The notes under the pieces are model-generated. The model made no database searches, was not told where the DNA came from, and worked only from the letters and a program-made list of their open reading frames with translations. A program made the translations under genes and the position numbers. DNA of 64,000 nucleotides from Eledone cirrhosa (lineage: Eukaryota), in NCBI GenBank assembly GCA_964016885.1, contig OZ024742.1, positions 26,288,001-26,352,000 of the forward strand, in the 5' to 3' direction. Below, in pieces: positions 45,685-59,450 of the stretch; position 1 is the stretch's first letter, and every line of letters starts with the position of its first letter.

Positions 45685-46166
45685 GAAGTTATATTTAATT
45701 TGTTGGGATACAACAAGCAAATATTTTTATAACTGATATAAAGCACTCAACAAATTATTGGACTAAAAATACAATATATTAACAAATAGAAACTATATTT
45801 ATAAAATCATATTTATTTCATTATACATATTTCAAGGACACCAAAGCAAATTATGGTGCGCTTTCATCACATAAATTATAATATAGATAAGTTTTATAAT
45901 CAAATATTGACATACCTTAGAGAATGCGATCATGCGGCTGGAAGCTCCCTGATAGTGGGGTTACTAGTTACCCCACTATAGTTACTAGTAACCCCACTAT
46001 CCGGTCGCATTCTTTAAGTGTATGTCAATATTTGTTTACAAAACTGATCTATATTATATTTTATCTGATGAAAGCGCACTATAATTTGCTTTGGTTTCCT
46101 TGAAATATGTATAATGAAATAAATATGGTTTTATAAATATAGTTTCTATTTGTTAATATATTGTAT
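45682..46166. mobile_element. ~400-bp diverged foldback element with nested central hairpins and an HHR-like motif
   Basis: The arms 45769-~45931 and ~46002-46166 are reverse complements. (TA)n lies on both flanks. CTGATGA is at 46065 and GAAA-TATG-TA at 46102. Confidence 0.78.
46061..46115 (+). ncRNA. Degenerate minimal hammerhead-like motif
   Basis: TTA-t-CTGATGA-AAG cGCACTA...TGGTTTc CTT-GAAA-TATG-TA-TAA. The mirror arm has a better stem II (GCACCA/TGGTGT) but GTGATGA in the core. Confidence 0.5.
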
Positions 46167-47362
46167 ATATATATATATACTTATGGGTGCCTATGTGCGT
46201 GTTTGTAATTATAAAACTATTTACACAATAGTAATTCATTTAAGTTAAATGGATACCAACCGCTTTTGCCGAAGAGTCATCAACTTGCCGTATCCCCAAA
46301 ACTCTCCTATCATTGAATTATAGTGCGAGTGGTTGAGTATACCGCAGACTCTTGTAACTGTATTGTAATACATACGTCATCGACACACACAAAAATGTAT
46401 TCACACATTCATAAATATTCACTGAACTTCTACCTGCTTTTCATACTTTATAGGTAGATGAGTGTTTTGTAGAAACTTTAAAGTAGTCCTTAGGAAGAAT
46501 CGGTATCTCTTTTAAATAGATGATTAGCTTCTTCAACTGCTTTCAGCAGTAGAACAAAGTAGATGGATAGATCTCAGTACTTATTTCCCGAATTTATCTC
46601 ATTCTATATAATGCCTGCGACATTGTTTATATAAATGGACTTGCAAGAATTTCTCTATCTCATATCAATATTCTCATCACCATCATTATTATATCCCCTA
46701 TATAAACAAACATTTCTTAAATAATTGCATATTCTAGCATCTTTTAAATAATGCTGACGTAAATGAGGGTGTTAACGTAGAAAGTAGGCAGTGTTTTTAA
46801 ATTTGAAATTAAATTAGATATTGAGACCAAACAATTGTTAAAATGAATATCATTGCTTTTGCTGATAATAAGCAATTCATATCCAGAAGTATAGGTGACT
46901 GTAATCTAATCCATTTCAGGGACTTATCACTCCAATTATAGGATACTATTCCTGGTTGACCTCTAGAGCTTTACTTTCGTTGTGCTCATGTCAGGGATGT
47001 AGCCGTACTCTCCAGCCTTGACTAATTACGGTTTGGCGAGGCTGTTTAATATATAGGTAGGATGTAGAGCCATTGAGACTCGGGAGATCAACCGCCATAT
47101 TTAAAGCTTTCGTTTTTTTCTCCAGATGGAGTTACATTTAACCTTTTAAACAGGATCTAGTGGCTGAGCCGATTTAGGTTCCGAACACTTGACCATGAAT
47201 CAGGTTGCATTAGGTTGCATGGGACCAATCACTGGCAGAAGCGTCGCCTGACTCAACGCACAATAACACAACCAGAGAAAAAGGGAGACGGGTGAGACAG
47301 ATATTGATAGAGAAATAGATGGACATATATATAGATGGATTGATATATATATATATATATAA

Positions 47363-47400
<38 letters not shown>

Positions 47401-47626
47401 GGGGTAACAAATAATAGTTAAATGGAGTCCACTTAGGTATAGTCCAGTTATGGTATTCCAGGTAGTGGATGATATTAACGCTTGGCTTGGTTTGACTCAA
47501 CAAGGCGTTTTCATAGTGATGCTGCGGGTATGCTGTAATTCCTAGGTTGTAAACACTTGGAGTAATAATAATAAATCAGGAAAGAAGGTTGACATGGGTT
47601 TGCTATACAAAAAAGGTTTTTAATCT

Positions 47627-47739
47627 CATAGCTGACAATTGTTTCTCTGAACTGGTAGGTCTAGAGATCGCTATTCGCTTATTTTCACGTTACTCGATCG
47701 CCAATACAAAATTATAACCAGTCAGATCTTCGGAGCATG
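47627..47739 (-). ncRNA. Hammerhead ribozyme motif in the 3' pseudo-LTR (extended stem II)
   Basis: Reverse complement reads CATGCT-CCGAAGA-TCTGACTGGT...ACCAGtTCAGA-GAAA-CAATTG-TC-AGCtATG. Confidence 0.72.
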
Positions 47740-48100
47740 CGAGAATGAAGAGAACACAGGCAAGAAAAGAATATACAGGCTACTATATGAAGTAGTAATG
47801 GCATTCAATTAGAACAATAACAACAATTACAACAATGCTATTAATAAATTATTTGAGGAGACCCTGACATTACTTAAGTGGGGGGTAGAGTGTATCGAGA
47901 CTACGGCGTGTAAAACTAGCTGTCATAAGGCAAAAGTAAGAGTTTGGCATGTACAGAGTATCGAAGTGTGTATCAATTTTAAATTATAAAGATAAGCCAG
48001 TGTGTACAGTCTTTCTTTTCATCTTCAATAGCATACATGAGTGGGACAACACTGTCAAAGCTAAATAGTTGTTGAGTTAATACAGAGGTTAACGAAGTAG

Positions 48101-48214
<114 letters not shown>

Positions 48215-48532
48215 CACATGCATGTGTACATAGACACATACATACACATCAATATACACTCGTACAAAAATATACATACATGCAAAGAGATAAGCGTGCT
48301 AATTGTAATTATGGCAAAAGGAAGGTAAAGTTACATTGTAGTAGTGATTTGAGAAAAACTAGGATTTAGGATCAAATGATGGCAGCAGCTGAGAAGGAAT
48401 AAGTTTGTGGGTTGATGAGGTACCTACAGACATTTGTGTGGTATAGACTTGTGAAGGATATAGTATACTTAATGAATATATTTCTGTGGGTAGTAGGTAT
48501 CCTAATTTAAAGCTATGTTGTGTTGGTTCAAT

Positions 48533-50925
48533 TCACGGAGGTTTGAATCTTATGAATTTAGTGGCAATTCTATGTCTGCAGAAGATATATCTTTCTAACT
48601 TATTGTTAAGTAGCCTTTTTACATTTTTGAGGATATACAATAGCTCAAGATCACATAGCCCGCAGTGGGACATCCCTGTACTATAGGTTTTAGCAGCCGA
48701 CAACTTCGACCAGTTGATACTGTAGTTAGTGCTGCTGTCCTTCAGTTCCCATATTTTTTTGGCGAGGGTTGTGGAACCCATAAGTGCACGGTTTTTCATT
48801 GAGTGTCTGTGCACATACCATCTTATTTTAAAAGGACCCGCGGTGGATCCTATGTAATTCCAGGTGGAGCTACCCGAGATGACCGTGCACATGTACACTA
48901 GGCTCGAATCGAGACATCTGTTCGCCAATGGACATCTATCCGGTAGGTGACAGTTACAGTTTGAGGCGCTATTTTGTGCAGCTTTTATATTCCTGTTTAG
49001 TACTCTGTTATAAGTGGGTTGTGATATATGCCCAATGGGGTTTTGCTGCTGCGCGTTTGTATGCGCTTGTGGTTGTAATGTTGTGATGTGTTTGTGCTTA
49101 TAATTTGGTGCTACGTTATGTATAGGTGCAGTTGAGTTACTAGAGATATTTCTGTGGTTGATCTTGCGTATGTGTGATTCTATGTTTGCTGCTGTTGAGT
49201 ATGAGAGTTTTATAGTAGATCTATTGAGTATTTTGTGATATCTATGCGAGATAGGGAAGTGTTTATCTATTAGTTTAAAGAATGTAGAGGGAAGTCTAGT
49301 TTTTATAGAGGAGTTGAATATTGGGTTGAACCATAGGTATTTTCTTTGTCTGTTTCTTCTATTGTTTCTTGGGTTTACGTTATTAGTGTTTTGGCCGTTT
49401 ACACCAGGTGTTACGTGTCTAACCCTATGTCTAGTCAAGTTATTTCTATTATTATGTGAGCGGTTGGAGTAGTAATTACTAGGATTGTTTACGTTGTCCT
49501 TATTCACTATATACTGCAGTTTATCTTTATGACCGGCCCTACGTAATGCTGCATTATAATAGTCAGCATGCTCATTAAAGATTTCTAGGTTTGAGGATAA
49601 GCGGGATATTCGAAGGGATATACTACGTGCTATGGATCTAATTATGGATTTGGGGTGATTTGAGTTGTAACTAATGTAGGCAAGATTTTCATTATTTTTG
49701 TGGAAAGGTTCTATTAATCCAGTATTTAGATTTAGAGTCACATCTAGAAAATTTACCTTCTTATGGTTTAGTTCTTAGGCCTAGTTTTTTGAAGAATATT
49801 CTAATATTTTTTCTTAGTCTTTGCATGCTCTGGTTGTTTAGGTTCCTAGCTATAAGTAACGTGTCGTCCCTATAAACTCCTCCTTGGAGGATACTGAATT
49901 CCTTATGTAGGTTGTGTGCTATGAATAGCCCCACGATATCTGTGATTTGCGCAGAATCATTTGATCCCATTGTTATATCGAAGCTATTTATTCTATCCTT
50001 TCTTACCCAGTAGCTATTTTCAAATTTTATGATAGTCCTTCTAGCCGCTATTATTATTTCAATTTCATCATGGGTAAGATCAGAGTTATTTTGGGCAAAT
50101 ATAAGCGCCTTATCTAGGGTAGCTGGGGATATGGATGCATAGTAGTCGTCTATATCAAATTGTATAAAGTTACACGTCTCCCTATTTTGTATTTTATTGA
50201 ACAATTTAATTGCCTCGTTAGTGTTGCCCCATAAATTGATTTCTAGTTTACACTTTATTTGTGCGATTACCCTATCTAGAATGTTCTTGCTAATTTTACC
50301 TATGTCTGACTTGGATGGGCATATTAATCTAATGATGGGATTAGTTTCAAAGTTATGTTTGTGATCCTTCAGGTTAAATGTTGGGTTGCACGGGGTTAGC
50401 GGTTCGGGCCTATCTGGAATTCCGAGTTTATTAACTATCTTGAGGCCCTCCATGTTAATGCTGGTGAGTGTAGATTCATTTGTTTTTTTAATATTTTTTA
50501 TGTAGTTCACGCTGGATAAAGCTATTGTATGTGTTAATGTCCATAGAGTATACGTTTGATGTTTTGTCTGCTTTTACTATGATACCGTTATTGTCTTTTA
50601 GTTTTTTTAGTAATGTATTTAAGTCATTTTGCAATTTGTTGTGATTTGTTCCTTTTTTAAATTTAGTTTCACTTATCATGTTCATAAGGTCCAGCTCGAA
50701 GGCATCAAGTGCGGGGTTGTTTGGCGGGTTTTTGCAGGATTTAAACGCGTAATTCTCCCTAGAAAATTCCTTTCCTTTGGTATTCGGTCCTTTATCGAAA
50801 TGGTGAGCTTTCCATCGGACCCTGCGGATGAAATCATTAGTCCGTCGTATCATGCCCAGTGTATAGTCCTTTTTTGTAGGTATAGGTATGTTTTTTAGTG
50901 ACATACCTATACGGTGCTTGTCCAT
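48533..50925 (-). pseudogene. Penelope-like RT/GIY-YIG endonuclease ORF broken by two frameshifts (~50500 and ~49760)
   Basis: N-terminal SLKNIPIP..RVRWKA. RT motifs QFDIDDYYASI, MGSNDSAQITD, YRDD and VNFLDVTLNL. Linker CNCHLPDRCPL. Endonuclease motifs LVY..YIG..FKIRWYVH, CGLC and CRH. Confidence 0.93.
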
Positions 50926-51202
50926 GTTGTTGCCGTGCGTTAATGGTGTTGCTCGACCAGGTGGGAGCTAAATATGCGGGGTAACAAATAATAGTTAAAT
51001 GCAGTCCACTTAGGTATAGTCCAGTTATGGTATTCCAGGTAGTGGATGATATTAACGCTTGGCTTGGTTTGACTCAACAAGGCGTTTTCATAGTGTTGCT
51101 GCGGGTATGTTGTAATTCCTATGTTGTAAATACTTAGAGTAATAATAATAAATCAGGAAAGAAGGTTGACATGGTTTGCTATACAAAAAAGGTTTTTAAT
51201 CT

Positions 51203-51315
51203 CATAGCTGACAATTGTTTCTCTGAACTGGTAGGTCTAGAGATCGTTATTCGCTTATTTTCACGTTACTCGATCGCCAATACAAAATTATAACCAGTCA
51301 GATCCTCGAAGCATG
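51203..51315 (-). ncRNA. Hammerhead ribozyme motif in the 5' pseudo-LTR (core mutated to TCGAGGA)
   Basis: Same fold as 47627-47739, with two core substitutions. Confidence 0.6.
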
Positions 51316-51344
51316 CGAGAATGAAGAGAATACACAGGCAAGAA

Positions 51345-52736
<1,392 letters not shown>

Positions 52737-52739
52737 ACC

Positions 52740-52788
<49 letters not shown>

Positions 52789-52839
52789 GTGTGTGTGTAT
52801 ATATATATATACATATTAAATATATAAATGTATAGGTAC

Positions 52840-53029
<190 letters not shown>

Positions 53030-53865
53030 CAGCTTCAGTACTTGACTGGTACATTTTTATATTTGACCTTATAGCACTGAGTGCAGGGGGGAAAGTGTAT
53101 TCTTTCTGACGTAACTTGGAGGAGACCAATCTGTAAATAAATTAATATTTACATATCTTTGAATATACACAAGAAAATTATCAAATCTTTGATGACCATT
53201 TTTGGCATGAAGCAATCATTGAGACATGCTCTGCGATCCTCATCTTACGAAGAAAATCAATATATTTTGCAACGATCTCCTCATATCTAAATACGTTTTA
53301 CCTGTGCAGATTTAACCCAAAAGCATCTCTTTTAATTGTGAATGGAACACAAACATATCACCAACTGTTTCTAATCAAGACAAGACGTAACAGACGGCAC
53401 AGAACAAATTGCATCTTTGAAACAATATGGCGGCATTTAAACGTTTAAGTTTTCATCTAGGTTTTCGAATATATTCATAAATGTTTATGACTCTAAATGA
53501 GTTTAGCTCTAGACTAACAGATCTAGTTGGACAGCCGCTTTTATCAATTTACCAGCACATGAATACATTCTATACACATTTATGATAAATGTTTATAAAT
53601 ATGTGTATGTGAGTATATAGTACAATATACAGTTTTATATATATAGGTTAAATAGTTATGCAGACTATAAATTGAATATGATATACAATCCCTATATATG
53701 TTAATAATTATTATATGATATGTTCATTGTAAATATGTATTTATAACACATAACTCGAAAGAAATCGCGCTAATATCTTCATGTAAAACAAAGTATTTTA
53801 CACATAATCATACGGATACGCTTTCACAGATATACACATACTTATATCTACATATGCATATGCAA

Positions 53866-53916
<51 letters not shown>

Positions 53917-54297
53917 GTATACGTATGCCTTGTGTGTCAATATTCTTTGTATAAAGACATTTTACTGAATAAATAAACTTTAAATGACGGTACATTAGAA
54001 TAACTTCTAGAATGTTTCTAACATATATAGAAAAAATTGTATTAATCTTTGGCCTCATTGGATTATACATTTTACTATAAATTTTTGATTAAGAACTTTA
54101 AACTCGATATAAACTTGGAAATATTTTTATGAAAGTATTATAGCAAAGATTCTCAGAACCATTTTCATGTAACACAGCACTATAGTTCACTCTTTTGTAG
54201 AAATATATGTACGAACTTCACTTGCATTTTAGTTTTACGAATATAATGATGCTATTATCGTAATTATTACGTTATGCTTGCGTATATACATACAAAT

Positions 54298-54369
<72 letters not shown>

Positions 54370-55886
54370 TGTTTTACGTGTATTACAGTATTATATTTTT
54401 GGAATTTTATATTTATTAATTCTATGTTATAGAAACATCGAATTTAATTTTTCTTTTTGTCCGACATGTTTGTTGTATTCAATGGCTAAAAATGATTTGA
54501 ATTCAATTGTACTCAATTCAATTTCTGATTTCTTAAAAAAGAATGAATATATATTGTAAACAATCTGAAATCTGTATAGATTACAAACAATATCGATAGC
54601 TTGAACTTATCGATGTTTTCGTAATGTGGTAATATTCATTGTAACATTATAAATATCACTTGGACAACATAATATAGCAGAATACATATTTAGCTAAAAC
54701 AAATGAGCACATCAAAAGTCTGGTTACGTAATAGGAAGTATACAGTATGGAATGTAATATAATTATGTAAAGATCTGAAATGGTGTACTAAGGAATTTGG
54801 TAAAACGTCAATTAGGTATTTATTAAATATTCTGTATCATTATAAAGCGACGTAGTCTTTGGAGAATGAACAACTTTATCAGTATAGTGGTGAATTAAAT
54901 ATATCTAAAGCGCGTTATACTTAATAATATATAATGTATATTTAGTTGAATATACATAAGATATATTTATTGGTGACAAGTTTACAGAGTTATACTTCTG
55001 TTACTATAATTTAGAATATTTCAAATTTACTCTTGTATGCATTAGAATTGAAAACGAATTATATCACACTATAACTCTTTTAACACTAGCCGCAAGTGCG
55101 AGCCCACGAGTTGGGGTGGCTGTTCTAGCGAGTCTCCACGCTGACCACCGGGGTAATGTTACTTGATCCTGTCGGCCAGCACCACGAAGCATATTGTCCC
55201 CTAAGTTTCGCTTATGTTGGGCGCCTGTGGAAACGATTTACTCCCAGAAAAATGTTATTGCAAAGGATTTCTGTATACGTCGTAGAAACCATAATAGAGA
55301 GAAAGAAACTAATCACTTAGACATCCTTTATGCCGTCATTCGACAGGCTAGAAATAGTATCCAAACCTCAGTCTCTATTACTCTTCAATGTAATTTCTAC
55401 TTATTTTCTTTTATACTAATTCACTCGACTTTTACGATTCTTGACCCGACTGCTATAATCTACTCTCACGGATCTTAAAACAACGAAACACGAAACTGAT
55501 ATGAATTTTAATAAATCAGGGTAATGATCTTTGGAGTAAAAATAAAATTCAGAAACACTATAAATTAGTTACAAAGAAGATCTGTTAACAATAATTCTTA
55601 TCGTGTTAAATATTCAGTTTAAAGAGAGAAATGTTGTTTTTTTTTACGAACAAAGCCGAAATATTTTAATATTAATTCCCGTGTTTCTTTCTGCGTTGTG
55701 TGTTTAAATCTACCGCCGCATAATTTTGGGTCTTTTATTCCTTTTGGGCACATTAAATATGTAGCGGTTACTGTTGAAGTAGTTGGATTTATTCATATTG
55801 AAATTGTGATTAGCTCCAATTCAGTTGTGATCCAACAGAGATATGTCGAAAGGTATAGTGTGTATCTGAAAACATTATACCTTGTA

Positions 55887-56091
55887 CAGTATGTCCCTAA
55901 AATATGGGGTCGTTATGTGGTGACGTCCATTAAAAGTATCTTTTGATTTGACCATACTTCACGTCTACTGAGAAGTCCCAGTTCAATCATGTCTTCTATC
56001 GACAATCTCATATTCATTATGTGGTGCACCAATTCGTAGTTAATCATAAATAGTGATATTTCCAATGTGTCCAGATTTTAGGGACACACTC
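55887..56091. mobile_element. Tc1/mariner-like MITE (205 bp)
   Basis: TIRs CAGTATGTCCCTAAAATATGG and CCAGATTTTAGGGACACACTC, each flanked by TA (55885-55886 and 56092-56093). Confidence 0.75.
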
Positions 56092-56844
56092 TATATGTAG
56101 CAAATACCTGATATTAAAATGTATCACAGAGAATGAAATCAAATGAGTTTAAGTTTAATGGCTTCTTCGTTAATATATAGGAGGCCCCGGCACATTACTA
56201 ACCATACACAAGCTTCATTGTAAAGAAAAGAAAAACTGTCGTTTATGCCACAATAGCAAGATCTAGAATTGTGGACAAGATATATGTTATATTGTTGGTC
56301 AAATATACATTTGTTCATATAAAAGAAATCATTGAATCTTCTTTGAATATTGTTACTAGTTGGCTAGCTATTGTTGTTGAGCAACCTTAGTGGCCAGCAG
56401 ATTAAACGGAAGTAAACAACCGGAAGTAACAATCAGATCAAAATATATATAATCTTAAACAAATCATTGTCACAGACACGCAAATATGTTGAATTTTTTT
56501 ATGTTTCCTCAAATACAACAGCGAACGACAGGCAGAGGCAGGAACACAAATATACACACATGTACACACGCACACAGCACACTCAGTTACTACCATATAA
56601 GTAAACAAACACATACAGACAAGCACTTAGATATACATATACACATATTATCTCTCCTCCTCTCTCGTTCATTGTAGGTGTTCTAATTGAAAAGTCTAAT
56701 TTATTAAAATATATTTTGTGGTATCTGATTAGACTATCTGTCGACTAATTACCAAGTTTGCAGCTGAAGTAATTAGTGTCATATATGAATTATGGACCAG
56801 CTGGGTGGATAAAACGTGTGTATTGAGTATATTACTGTCTGTCG

Positions 56845-56905
<61 letters not shown>

Positions 56906-57139
56906 TACCATTATACTTTGGGAGGATCATGCTGCAAACAAGAACACACGCACCTGCTGGTTTTTACTTCAATTTATAATAAATTGAGGTGGAAAGCAAC
57001 GGGCGTGTGTGGTTGTATTGGCAGCATGACCTTCCAAAGTATAATAATATATTTTTCAACACACGTTTTCAGACAAGAAATCTTGCCAAATAAATTCCAA
57101 TCGATATATATATATATATATTTATTTATTTATTTGTGG

Positions 57140-57165
57140 TTATCTATCTATCTATCTATCTATCC

Positions 57166-57207
<42 letters not shown>

Positions 57208-57208
57208 A

Positions 57209-57261
<53 letters not shown>

Positions 57262-57268
57262 CTCTATC
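57140..57268. repeat. (TATC)n microsatellite, left flank of the Tx1-like LINE
   Basis: Directly visible. Confidence 0.95.
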
Positions 57269-57487
57269 ATACGTGTGTAACTTCGCGGAGAAGTTTCCGT
57301 TAATTTATGTAAGAAAAAAACGTGAGTTTTTAGTTAAATTTTATATTATTGTGTAACTTGACACCCCGTCTGGACCTTCAGGTGGTGTGTCAACTCATTT
57401 TCGCCCCTACAGGGGTGAAATATCAGTTTGAAAAAAAATTTTCTCCATCAGATCTTGGAAAAAATATTGTAAAAGTTTGATTACGTT

Positions 57488-59417
57488 ATGAACGCTGCGT
57501 CCAACGATAATGGTGGTGGAGAGGCAGTAAGACTACAAAGCTCGCAGTCAACATCGTCTTCTCCCCCTTCCTTCTCAATAGACACTATAGAGATGGAAAG
57601 ACGAAATGAAAATCTAAAAACAAATTCATATCCAAACAACACAAATGACACCAAACGGTTCAATGACAACAAAAATATCAGCAACACCAATAATGATGAT
57701 AAAAGCAACAATGATAACAACAACAAAGAAAAAAATAAAGACAACAACAATAACACCAGCATCAAAGACAATAACAACACCAAGGAAAATACGAATAATA
57801 TCAACATCGGTGACAACAAGAATAACAACAACAATAACAACAATAATGACAACACCACCAACACAGATAATTCCACAAAGAAACCAAAAAACTCCTTTGC
57901 ACAGACAGTTCAAAAAAAGGAGGAACTGATATATCTCGACATAACAAATGCTGAACAACTTCTAAAGGACGCTAGGAGATATGTCACTTTCGAAAAAAAT
58001 GGTGCTTTCAGCATCAATTCTCCGGTAGAAATTCGCAAGGAAACTGCTCTCAAAACGATAGTTTTTAGGACAGTTTCCAATTCTACCCGAAAACCAGTCC
58101 AATTGTCACAGATAGAAATTGACTGGTTTTCAAAAATTCAATGAATGATGTTGCATTCATTCAAAGAAGCAAACTTTTTGGGAGTATTTCGGTACTCATG
58201 AAGGATCAATTGACGGCCCAAAATTACTCTGTGTCGCCAATTGTATCCAACCTGTACACCTTTTTCCCTACATACATCTGAAAAAGGACACAAAAGATCA
58301 AAATCACGAGTGTCACACCAAAGGTGAACATATGGTGGATACTGTGCGGTTTCATCAATTTTGATGAAGACAGAATACTGTCAGTAGGAAAGTCCCCCAG
58401 AGATGTATTCAATGGGACTAGCATTGAAGTTCTGGTGCAAATAAGCCAGAGCGAATAGCTATGATCCCACAACGTGTACTCCTGGACAGACTCACCTACA
58501 TAAACTTTTCGGTTGAGGGTAGGCGGTCTTCGTGTTATCATTGCTTAGCAGGGGTCACCTGATGGCTTCCTGTCCTAAATTAATGAATAAAAAAAAGGCT
58601 CTTCTGCCGACACCCATCAAAACAACACAACCACCAACACCACCACAACAACAGCAACACCAACACACAAAAATAACCACAACAAACACAGTCCCACCCA
58701 ATCCCACTCCACCTAAAACCACTGCAAAATCACATACAGACACAACAGCTCCCCAAGACATACCCCTCCCCAATCACACAGACGATACAACAGATGAGGC
58801 TATCTCGCCATCACCCAGTGAAGACGAGGGAGAACCCCCATCGCTCGAAAAGAAAGAAAAGACATTACAAAAGCGAAAAACCAGCAAACACTACCACAAA
58901 CATACAACCACCAACACAAACAACGAAAACATCACAAACAAAACCCCCACCTCCTGAAAACAAAATACCTACAACAAAACGAAAGCACACACAAGAACTA
59001 CAGACAAAAACAAAGACAACACAAGAAAATTACACTTACACTTACATAAACACTGAAAACAAAACACTAATGGAGACCATCACGAACGACCCTTCGGTGA
59101 AAACCGAAGGGAAAACTTTCGCCCACTCTATTAAAAATAGCAAAAAACTGAACCTAAAACTGATTAGGGTCCCTATACAAACTTATAGGTCCCTAAAAGA
59201 AACATTTGAGAGGGATGTGGGGAATTCCTGCGTGAAACCACTCAACCGCGTCCTTCTCAAATGTCTCCCCACCCCAGACACCCCCATCCCACCAGACCCC
59301 ACCCCACCAAACATCTCCGTCCCCACCCTGCCGGAAACCACCAACCATCCAGACAACCTCTCCAACACCCCCATGGAAATCGTGCGGCCTGGTCCCCAGA
59401 AGACGAAGGGTGATTGA
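57488..59417 (+). pseudogene. Tx1-like ORF1 (gag-like), disrupted
   Basis: Asn-rich N-terminus, SFAQTV motif, VEGRRSSCYHC..GHLMASC zinc knuckle split by a frameshift (~58510-58575) and a Pro/Thr-rich tail. Several stops. Confidence 0.75.
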
Positions 59418-59450
59418 TCTCTTTTCCTCTTTTAACTATTCAGCACCAAC

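Noticed and set aside
46500-47290. Possible decayed LINE endonuclease fragment
   Set aside because: Similarity by eye is too weak and no catalytic motif is recoverable.
55085-55235. GC-richer island resembling an RNase MRP 3' end or an LTR primer-binding site (minus strand GGCGCCCAAC)
   Set aside because: No GAAAGUCC P4 partner, and no LTR pair or gag/pol remnant could be found.
56406-56429. Tandem ETS-like CGGAAGT motifs
   Set aside because: Short motifs with no associated gene or other promoter evidence.
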